Shown in pieces: positions 49,908 to 64,000 of a stretch of 64,000 nt of DNA. The stretch spans positions 124,001 through 188,000 of the forward strand of contig NW_020847369.1 in assembly GCF_003704095.1 (NCBI RefSeq), read 5' to 3'. Source of the stretch: Pocillopora damicornis (taxonomy: Eukaryota). Positions within the stretch are counted from its first letter, which is position 1; the number at the start of each line of letters is the position of its first letter. Both the position numbers and the translations under genes were made by a program. Under the pieces are notes generated by a model. The model was not told the DNA's origin. It worked only from the letters and a program-made list of their open reading frames with translations, and made no database searches.

Positions 49908-50732
49908 GGGTACCCGTTCACTTTGCCGCACACGACGTGTCAACTCGCAGGCAGCCAACTCGCCGACCCTATTGATCAACTCGCGGAAACCTTTGGTCAA
50001 TTCGCCGAAAGTCCACATTAATCAACTCGCTGATATACCGGTCACTGCACTGCGCCGACATACATAGTCAAACCTATTCAGTTTTAAGCTTAAAGATCTT
50101 AATCTGAGATTAATTTCCACTCAGAGTGAGGTAAATGACTTCTTGGAAAAGTCAGATAACTTCACTAAATGTAATGATGATGATGATATTTCAGAAAAAA
50201 CACCATCTGAAAGATTTCTGCCCGCGATTTTCAAAAAAATGTTACACGCGTTCTATTTTACATATCAAGGCTAAGTTTAGGAACTAAGAAGTTTTCTCTT
50301 CTCCCAAAGATCTTAACAGTAGGTGTTTTTAATCATAGTTCGGCGTACAATTAGTGTTATTTGTTTTCGATAGTGAGTTACTGAAAGTAATGGCTTCTTT
50401 CAGTGAACAGCAATACGTGGAGACATTGATCAGTACTTAACTTCGGTGAATGCATGGCGGAAAGACGGAAACTGTTTTAGAACTTATCTCAAGTTTTTAA
50501 CATCGATACCTCACTCCTTCACGGAAAGAAACTTGTCTATTCCATGTTATTATTGTATTTGTGACTTTCATTAAGGCTTTGCTGGAGCTAAGAAGGTGTG
50601 ACTTCTTGTTCCTTTGTTTTTGAGAGTAACGGATTCAACGGTTTACCGTTTCATTTATACCGACATAATTTCAAATCAAGCAACACAAATTATTGTCGGC
50701 GAGTTGACATGTCGGCGATGGGACCGGCAACC
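49908..50732. mobile_element. Non-autonomous DNA transposon with inverted subterminal repeats (caactcgccgac units)
   Basis: The left end has about five tcaactcgc/tcaattcgc units (49940-50030); the right end gtcggcgagttgacatgtcggcga (50695-50718) is their reverse complement. Confidence 0.65.
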
Positions 50733-50742
50733 TTCATTTAAA

Positions 50743-51475
50743 CGGTATCCAGTTAAATCGCACCATGTTTAGATCGCTTCCAGTCAGATCGCTCCTACCT
50801 AAGGTTAGATCGCTCCACTCGAAAGTTAAATCGCTCCATCAAATAAGTTACTTCGGTACCAACATAAGTTACTTCGCTTCGTGTTGTAAAGTGAATTATT
50901 ACTTACCAATGATCTTTAAAGTTTATGGGTGATGATGTGTCTTGGGACGATACGAGTACATCGTATTCACCGATATTAACTCTGTCCTTCAGATTAGCCA
51001 CTGAGCTACCGAGGTATGATGTATAGCGATGATGGAATAAAAGATCTTGGAATAAGTTATAACGTTATAGTATGATTTTTAGAATTCAAATACCAATACT
51101 ATCCAGTGTGGCCTTTTTTGCTGTTTGATGTAAGGAAATTGATACCCGCCATCTTTAATAAATAAGGTAGATTGCACTTCGTGAGTCCCTTTCTTGAGGC
51201 TTTATTTGTTCTTTCTGCGTAGCTAGGATTTATTTCAAGCACGCGCGAGCGATATTAGTCGATTGTTCGGTAAGATATGCACGTCATTTAATGAACTATC
51301 AGTTTAGATACCTTAGTTTTGCTACCTTTACCTTAGTTTTCTACATGGAGCGAAGTTAATTATGTTGAGAACGAAGTCACTTATTTGATGGATCTAACTT
51401 TCGAGTGGGGCGATCTAACTTTTGGTTGAAGCAATCTAACTGGTAGCGATCTAACCATGGTGCAATCTAACCGTA
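50743..51475. mobile_element. Non-autonomous foldback-type DNA transposon with ~145-bp imperfect TIRs built of agatcgctcc repeats
   Basis: 50751-50890 (gttaaatcgcaccatg.ttagatcgct...ccactcgaaagtta...catcaaataagttacttcg...aacataa.ttacttcgct) mirrors 51340-51472 in reverse complement. Confidence 0.8.
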
Positions 51476-51727
51476 ATTCATTTACTTTGTTTTAACACCT
51501 AGCAGAATGCAGCATGCAAGGCGCAGCTCTACGTTCGAGAGCCGCTCTGACTACTGATATGGACCTGTTTCTCCGTAGTCCTAGTGTCCATTTGTCCACC
51601 AAATTTGTGAAAAGCCAAATGGTTTGCTTCCTACCAGTTGAAGATTTTCAATCTAGTAAAGTTTAAAGGGTCACAGCTTTATCATTGTTTCTACTACCGT
51701 CAAACATCACCCTTTACAAAGAACCTA

Positions 51728-51846
51728 TTAATATTATTATTGTTTTTATCATAATTATTATCTAAATTATTGAAAACATCATTATCATTTTATTTTTTAT
51801 AATTATAATTATTACCATTATTATTAATATCATTATTATCATCATC
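51728..51846. repeat. AT-rich (att/atc)n low-complexity tract
   Basis: attattattatt...atcattattatcatcatc. Confidence 0.8.
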
Positions 51847-52357
51847 CCTAGACTCACACAAAGACAAAGTACGACAAAAAACGATTTTATTGAGATGGAG
51901 CACCAGAAATGCAATCTACTTAGCAATGCAAGTGAAAAGAATTCATAATGCATGAACTAATTTACCCAAGCTATTGCATGGATCTACACAGCTAAAACTG
52001 AATTCTCTGCACAGAGACCTATGCATAAACCCAACTTTAATTCAGTCTTATTGTAATTTTTACAATGTGCATGCTATGCTAGCCTGCAAAATTTGAACCA
52101 GCCAATTTTTTTTTTCTGTTTTAGCTGGTGTTTTAGCTATGATCATCAAATCAGCTGTCTTTGCAAGCCAGCATTCTGTCTGATTTTCCAGAAAATGCAC
52201 TTGATCCATAAACAGTATAGGGAGACCACAGTTCAAAGATCACACAGTCTTGAACATCCAGAGCATTATGAGCTACTGTTAAACATAAATGTTTCCAGAT
52301 ATGCAAGTTGTGAAATTAGGGAACCAAAGCACATTGAATAATATCTCATCCATTCAT

Positions 52358-56414
<4,057 letters not shown>

Positions 56415-57105
56415 CACCCCCCAATGATATATTACCGAGACCTTCATGAAATATCGAATTATCTGCAGTGAAAAAAGAAATTACTCTGTTAGATCTTCTT
56501 TAAGTGATCTTCCAAAGATCTTGTCTAGGATCTTGGCTTCCTAATTTTTTTCAGAGAACTAACAAAACGATGAGTAGACCCACAAAAAATTTTGCAAGGT
56601 GCAACGAACTCAGCCAACCACCACTAAGACAGAACGGCTTGGTCATGAGTATTATGCAATCTACCGAAAAGGTTGCACCAAAAAATAATGAAAGATTGGT
56701 GTTAAACATAAAAGTTTTGACTGCACCGATGGTTATAATTTTTCAGTCGCTTACAAAACTTAAACCATTGGAGGAAATCCGACCTTCTATGTGGATTACG
56801 AACAAAATCTATACCGAGTGGTTACAAAGTTGTTCTTTTTAAATTTCTTCCAGAGAGTATGACAAAGCGAAAAAAAATTCACACCAAGATCGGGGTTAAG
56901 TAAGAACGAAACACAACCATTGTGGAAATTTTCTGCTTAAAAATCGGGGTTCTCTAGAGAAGAAATCGTGATTTCCGAAAAAAAATTTACCCTGAAGCAC
57001 GTGTGCGGTACATATGTATTCCGAGTCTGACATATTGCGAGAAATTACTGTCATTTAAAATTCTCACTCCCTGTAAAGTAAGTTGTAACTGATCAGAATA
57101 CATAC

Positions 57106-57586
57106 CTGAAGTATACTATTCAGCGATCTAGAGTTCAAAACTTGAAAGGAGCACGAAATTGTGCAAACTTCGAAGACCAACGGTGGCTAAATGTGCCTCG
57201 CTATCCCACGTGCAGAAAAGGACGAAGACGAGAACCTGCAATCGGCATGCTCCGTGCAGGGGCAACTATTTTCCTCCAGGGGAGGGTAATTTATGTGCAA
57301 TTTGCAAAGTTACAAATATTCCCAATACTGATATTTTTGACATATTTAATGTTTTCAGGCTTTAAATATATCTCTTAGAATCTTCAGGTAAATTACATGG
57401 TTTCTCTGAAAATACATTTCGGAAGCGTTAACTAATTTAAAAAGTGTAATCCTACCAGTCCCCTCCCTAAATGAAAAGTATGACACACCACTTGATGCAA
57501 TTGACGACTGCGCAGTAAACGATCGATTTACACGTGTGGAGAATATTTTCCACGGTGCAGAGGCCTTGTGCTTTTTTTCCTGTGAA
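57106..57586. promoter_or_regulatory. HSP60/HSP10 bidirectional promoter and 5'UTR exons, with an imperfect heat-shock element
   Basis: Minus-strand donor at 57105 (HSP60 non-coding exon) and HSP10 ATG at 57587 diverge; GAAtcTTCagGtA at 57378-57390 fits nGAAn repeats; E-box CACGTG at 57207 and 57531. Confidence 0.7.
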
Positions 57587-60500
57587 ATGGTAAGTAATTC
57601 CTCATCTTTTGATTACAAATTTAAAATTTTGACGGATATGAAGTCTCACTTTGAGGATCTTCCAATTTTTTTCAAAATTTTATGGATCGATTTACGTGAC
57701 TGAAGTCAATTTGTTACTAGAGTAGCTTGTGATGTAGACAGAAGTGGTTTATAACGTAATCGAATATTTAACCCAAGGCTTTCTTTCAGTTCATTCTTGT
57801 ACATATTTAACATTATTTTTATACGTCGTATTTTTAAAGGAAAAAGTGTTGGCGTCAGTACTTTAATCTACAAATTTAAGAGATAACTTTATGCGTATAA
57901 TGCACTGTATTCATCTGTGCAATAGTTTTACAGTATTGCATAAGAGATCTTTCCCATGTGTTTCTTTCTCTCCTCCAGGCTAATGTAAGAAAATTCAAGC
58001 CTCTCTTTGACAGGATTTTGGTTGAAAAATTCCTCCCAGAAGTGGTGAGAAGACAGTGGATCAAATATTTTGTTCATACTATTGGCAATTTCTGAATTCT
58101 TTTATCCCCACCTTCCAAATGAGGATAAGAACAAAACCTTCTTGTGAAAATGAGTTCAATTTACTTAAGCATAAAGTATAGTTTTCACATCAAAGGCTTT
58201 CCATGTATCCTCAAATGACATTCCTTGGTCTGTTGTGACATGTCTCTACGATGCATGGTATCACAGGTGACTAGTCCACACACATCAAAAAATGGCAGCA
58301 GTGAAGGGGGCTGGATGGGCCTTGGGAGTATAAGGAATGAAGGGTATAAATGATGGGATGAAAGCTCAAGAACTGTAAGGGCTGGTTATCGAAAGAAAGT
58401 TTAGCTGTTGTTGAACAAAACCACATCCCAAACTATCTTTGATTAAGCTGAATCTTTTATCTGAACACTTATTTTTGTGACTAGTGTCAAGAGGGCTGAA
58501 AGCTGACCATGGAAGGACATTTATTTAACTAGAGAGCATCTCTGAGGTCCACAGCTTGCATAAAAACCACATTTTGGATTAAACCTCTTGTAAATAACCA
58601 GCCTTAAGAGTTTGATAAGGAGGTTGGGAAAAGGGGTATGGTAAAATTTAAACAGTCATCCAAAACTATTTTCCCCCTCCAATCTATCATCAACCTTTGC
58701 CTCAGATTGAAATCCTCATACTAAGGTGAAGTTATGTGATCATTAGAGAACTTAAGAGATTAAAAATCGGTAAAAGTTTGAGGAAGTTTCCCTCCATGAC
58801 TGAGAGCTTGTATGGAGTAGGCACAGATTCAGACCCACTCTTGCTATTTCTTGATTTAAGTACTGATAAACAGCTATTAGGCAAAGTCAGTTTTAACTCA
58901 AGGTATATGTTGTGATTCAATTTTATCCTTGGTTCAAATTTAATTTTCCTTTGTTTCAAACTCATTATCATACATTACAATACTCAAAAACAAAAGAAAA
59001 AAAAATTAATCAAGGATAAAATTGAACCACAACATACACATGCAGGCAGTATTCAAGATGGCAACTGATATTTGACTCTGTATTTTCTGTAGAAAACAAA
59101 AGGAGGTGTTCTCCTTCCTGAGAAAGGTCAAGGCAAAGTGCTAGAGGGTACTGTTGTGGCTGCTGGCCCTGGAAACTGGGATCACAAAGTAAAAGCTTTT
59201 TCCCTGCTTACAAAGTGAAATAAATCATCACAGCTAGTCAATTATTGTTTTTGAAATAGGGAGATAGTCATCATAGTCTGTAGCACCTAGCAAATGTATC
59301 TGCCCTCTCCTTAACCCTTTCACCTCCAAGATCTAATTAGTAATTCTCCTTACTACCTGCCATACAATTCTTATGATGTTAGTTCAGAGAATTTGGTATT
59401 GGATCAACTAATAATCTCATAATTGATATTCTTCTCTATTCTCATCACCTACCTGCTTGATATTGTATCAGTATTGTAAGGAGAAATTCTGTCTTGGTCA
59501 CTTGTGGGAGTGAAAGGGTTAACCCTTACACCCCCAAAGAGTGCCAAGCATTAAATTTCTCCTTACAATATCACTCAAACTTTAAGGTCACAAGGACAAA
59601 TTTAAGGAAATAGTCATCAGTTAGAGAAGCTCTTGATTGTTAGGCAAATTCTCATCGTCAGCACCCTAAGAAATGTCTACAGAACAGTACAGAGAAATAA
59701 CCCTTAACCCCTAAGAGTGATTGGCAGCTTATTCCTCCTGGACATATCACCCTTGAATCAAACATTAATGTTACAAGAATAAAGAATTCAATTGTTCAAC
59801 AAATTCACCTTGGCACCTTTTTAGTAAATGTATGGTGAACAGTATGGAGAATATTCTTACTGATGTTTGTGTGGAAAGGGTTAAACTAAAATACTTTGTT
59901 TTGTTTTTAGAACAACCAAAGGATAGAAGTTAATGTCAAGGTTGGAGACAAGGTTTTACTACCAGAATATGGAGGAACAAAAATAAATTTGGATGAAAAG
60001 GTAGGTGATGTTGATGATAGCCTGTAATCTTCCTGTTTTGTGTGTTTTGACTGAAATAAGGCATTACCATATTATCAAATGATATAAACAGACCCACATG
60101 CATAATCCCACAGAAAACCATAGAGAAAGGTTGGGTGTGTATTGCTGGACAAGTTGATGCAAGTCACTCAAAAAAAAAAAAGCCATCTGACCCTCAGCAC
60201 CTGCACATCTCTTTGCATATTCTGAGAACAAGAATCGACATTATGGATTTCAAGTTGGACCAAGCAAATGAGAAAATGATCAAGTTGCATTTCTCTATGA
60301 ATTTATGAGTTCCTTTTTCTTACTCAAAGAAATGAAGGTTATTAAAGTTTTGGCAAGTACTTCCTAATTAGGTTGAAAAAATAAAAAATGTTCAAAATTT
60401 TGATCTCTCAGTGGCCATAGGATAAAATGCTTATTAACTGCATTTCGTTGAGCCAGATGAGAAAATAGCTGGCTTTGGGCCATGATGCATGAACCTTTGG

Positions 60501-60650
60501 CCCTCCCAGCCACTCAGTCAATAAGTACATAAAACAAAGTTGCACTAAATGCTGGACATATTCTCTTAGTGATGACTAACAGGAATGTTCTCTTCTTAAC
60601 AGGAATACTTCATCTACCGTGACACTGACATCTTGGGGATTTTTGAGTAA
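57587..60650 (+). CDS. HSPE1: Mitochondrial co-chaperonin HSP10; exons 57587-57589 (ATG only), 57979-58044, 59093-59188, 59911-60000, 60603-60650; 100 aa
   Basis: MANVRKFKPLFDRILVEK...KTKGGVLLPE...EGTVVAAGPG...VKVGDKVLLPEYGGTKI...YRDTDILG. Absent from the ORF track because the exons are short. Confidence 0.95.
59311..59884. mobile_element. Three stacked TTAA/CCC MITEs (A, B, B) in HSP10 intron 3
   Basis: 59311-59522 (A) ends gggTTAA, shared with the start TTAAccc of 59519-~59697 (B); a third copy runs ~59697-59884 and ends gggttaa. Confidence 0.88.
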
Positions 60651-61724
60651 TGCCAGCTGCTATTTGATTATGTAGTAGTGGTGCTGCTAGAGAAGAAAAG
60701 AATCACATTCTTGGAAATTACTGTTACTTTAGCTGTGAAATAACTAAAACTGTTAATCATTGTGAAGTACAGTGTTCTCTTGTTAAACAACTTGTCTGAA
60801 CCTCTTTTCTATACAAGGGAAAGCCTTGCCACAATTTCAGTATTGAAAACAAAATTTCAAGACAGTCTAGCTAGGTAGTCTTTTTATAATTATTTAATAT
60901 TTGTAATAAGCATACTGCTCACTAATTTTAAGTACGCTTTTTTTTGCTTTTTTGAGCTGGTTGAAAGCCAGTTGTTTAACAGTGCAAGAGTTTGACCTCA
61001 ATAAAGTTTTGGTGTTGTTTTCATGATCATCTTTTTTTATTGTGTGTTATTTCTTGGTTGTTGTGAAGGATGCAAAGACTTTGAAAGATTGAACTGCCCT
61101 TTTTTTTAAGTTTACACAAATGCTGGGAAACATAAATTGATCAAGTGTTGAAAGTGATTGGTAATGGCACTTAATTTTGTTATGCTGCATCCTGCAATTT
61201 TTTTAAAAGTTTTTTCAACTTTACACTTAACAATACCATTATAAGTGAGACAGAAGATAAACTAAAGCACTATTGTGAGGAGCTAGTTTTTATTTGGGAA
61301 ATTCTGTGTAACTTGTACAAAATTATTATCGTATCAAGAACTTTGGACATAATTGTGAGAAGAATATGCTATTATCAAGGTATGGGTACAATATGATTTC
61401 CCTTTATCCTTCAATCCATGTGTTATCACTACCTACACTTCACTCTTAAATACCTGAGTTTATTCTGTTTTGTTAATAAAAAGTGCAGTCAAAGTGTCAA
61501 TAACACTGAATTATCCAATACAATTTTTCCTGTACTATACTTATTAATTACTTGTTATATCCAGTTGAAGCACACAAAAGAAAGTTTAGAGAAGAGAAAA
61601 TGAAAATTTGAAAAAAAAAAAGTTTCTAAAAACAACACTGGGTGTTTTATCGTTGCAGTTCCGTTTCCTTTAAGCAGACCAGCAGCAAAGATCCATATTT
61701 TGTTTTGAAAGTATTCGGGAGTGC

Positions 61725-64000
61725 CTATGAAGCACCAACAGCTGATTTAAGCAATTCCGTTGTCATGCTCTTCGGGCGTTCAATTGGGAGACCCAGGGCA
61801 CGAGACCAGACTAATGATGAAAGCACACCCAGGGCACGCGATACACCAAACAAAACAGTGTAGTAATTCATTTCTGTCAAACCATAGTGCTGTAATCAAA
61901 ACAAAAGATGACTAAGTAAATGCATGAAATTGCAGGTCTCAGCTCAAAATCCAGGTCATTCTGTTTTCATTTCCTGATATCTTCATTGTTTGAAGTTCAA
62001 AACTGTCAAAATCTTGATCTAGAACATGGCAAAAAAAATCATCCTGTCTGGCCCAGAAAGTGACCATGTCTTTTAAGAAACAGACCCCAAAGCATTTAAA
62101 CAGTTACATGAAATTGTCAATTACACACTCATCATTATCATCGTTGTTATTAATAGTCAGAATGATAATAATTTAATAGAATGATATCATTTTTGTTGAG
62201 GGGGAAAATTATTTTCTGACCTACAAACAAGGCAAGGTCTTCCAACAATGTGGAAGGCACCTACCAAACACTGCAGATATTTGATAAAAAAATATTCGCC
62301 ATTTTTCACTTTCTTCAACTTCCTAACCTATTACATTCTTGCTTCCCACCCAATCCTCTGTCAAACTTCCCTCCCAACTCCTTTACTCCAAGGTCCCTGC
62401 CCCAGATTCCTCTACCTTTCAATTACCTGAAGAAGAACTCCACTATGAGCATCAACATTAGGCCAAGGGTTCTTTGCTTTTCCTTGCTCCAGTAAAACAT
62501 TTGGAACAATTTCATACAGCTGACCACAAAGTTTGAACAGGGGGTCATCTGGCAAATGCTTTAAGCTAAATTCTCTCTGGGCTGTGTAACGAGGGTCTGT
62601 CTTTCTCAAAACTGCATGTCCAAAACCAGGCACAACTTGCTGTTAAGAAAAAAAAAGGAAAAAAGAACAAGGTTGCTACATGCAATTTGTATACAGTATC
62701 AATAAGCTGCAGAATTAAACACCCATTTTGATTGTTTTTTTTACTTATGATTAAAAGGGTAAACAACCAGTGCCCATCAACCAAAAAGTAAAGTGGCAGA
62801 AATCCCTGCATGGTACTTACCCCACCAGACAGAGTGTTCCAGACATATTCCCTAACTTTCTCTGTAGATGGGTTGTCTCCTACATCTTTTAGCATGTTTG
62901 TGGTCCAGATTAAGACTTCCTGAAAAACAAAAAAGTGTAATATAATGAAATTTGTATGTAATATAATGATTATCTATTGTCAATCATCAATCAAATTCAT
63001 AGGCAGAGGTGACAAAAGCACCCTTTAAAATCAGTATGACTTAATTTCCAAAGAAATTCAATTGTATATTCAACAGTTATTTATTAGTACACTACATGGT
63101 TGAAATTTTCCTTGCCAATGCATCTTGAAGTCAAAAGATTGCTTACAGTGTTCCTTTGGAGTGACAAGTTATGCATGCCCCTTAACCCTTTAATTCTTAT
63201 GAGTGACCAAGACAGAATTTCTCCTCACAATATCAATACAGTATCAACCGAACAAGTGATGAGAGTGAAGAAAAATATCAATTTGGGGATACTTAGTTGA
63301 TCCAATACTAAATTCTCTGAACTGACACTATAAGAATTGTGTGGAAAACAGGAGAATAACAAATGTGATCTGGGAGTGAAAGGGTTAGGAGTATTTCTTT
63401 CCACCTAAAACACATCTCATGTACTCTGAAACAAGAATTTTCTTTAGTAGATACCAGCATAAGGCTCATTTTTACAAAAATGAAAAAAAGATTCAAAGAA
63501 CAAATCACAACAAATCACTCCTGAAATTTTGTAGAATCCAGGCAAGTTTGTTCTATTTTTACATGTCATTGTATAAATTTTGGCGGATACAAAGCTCATT
63601 TTTATGTCAATAAATGTTTGTCACATGGTGCTGTTTTCAACAATGGGCTATTTTCCCCATAAAAGTAGGCTGAAAAAATATGTGAACAGCCAGTGGCTGT
63701 GAGCTCATTTGAAAACACAGGTACTGACCTGATTAGCCAAGCCATGAAGAGGTCCTGCCAGACCATTCATACCAGCAGCAAGGCACAGATAGGGATCTGA
63801 CAGAGCACTACCAACAAGGTGGGTGGTATGAGCACTGACATTTCCTCCTTCATGATCAGCATGCAGAACAAGGTACAGCCGCATCATCTCGTGGAACATA
63901 GGATCCTCAAAACCGAGCATGCTAGATAAGTTATCAGCCCAATCTTTGCCTGGATCCACAGGTGTGACTTTTCCATCCTTGAACACATTTCTGTATATGT
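61725..64000 (-). CDS. CS: Mitochondrial citrate synthase, 3' part (5' end beyond the window); exons >64000-63729, 62919-62821, 62639-62427, 61889-61725
   Basis: [81 protein letters not shown] and PIERPKS. Confidence 0.98.
63182..63388. mobile_element. TTAA/CCC MITE (subfamily A)
   Basis: ttaaccctttaattctt.tgagtgaccaagacag...ctgggagtgaaagggtta. Confidence 0.88.

Noticed and set aside
50751-50880. Regularly spaced short repeats resembling a CRISPR array
   Set aside because: Units are ~10 bp with very short spacers and are mirrored as an inverted copy at 51340-51472; eukaryotic context with no cas genes. These are transposon subterminal repeats.

Overview
Intron-rich, AT-rich eukaryotic DNA, most likely from a cnidarian/scleractinian coral (inferred from gene content and repeat families), with three 100-N gaps. 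Gene models built by hand from splice sites and reading phase, left to right: a short MICAL-like CH-domain-only gene (+); a two-pore K+ channel with a frameshift (+); an ENPP-family ectonucleotide phosphodiesterase with three frameshifts (+); C2orf76/UPF0538 (-) head-to-head with a BTB(T1)-TLDc gene (+); CREB (-); BBS12 (-) head-to-head with COQ10 (+); LRRC46 (+); a duplicated WIP C-terminal unit (-); full-length WIP/verprolin (-); HSP60 (-) and HSP10 (+) on a bidirectional promoter; and the 3' part of citrate synthase (-). Introns carry many ~200-bp TTAA/CCC-ended MITEs, tRNA-derived SINEs and LINE relics. Three observations stand out. (1) The duplicated WIP exons appear to have their own CpG-rich promoter and an in-phase ATG exon, predicting a ~92-aa microprotein with only the WASP-binding domain. 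(2) A CRE cluster sits at the CREB 5' end, and a candidate intronic first exon would give an ICER-like isoform lacking the KID. (3) The COQ10-HSP60-HSP10-CS block matches the order and orientation of the human COQ10B-HSPD1-HSPE1 and COQ10A-CS neighbourhoods. No database searches were run; family assignments rest on recognised motifs.
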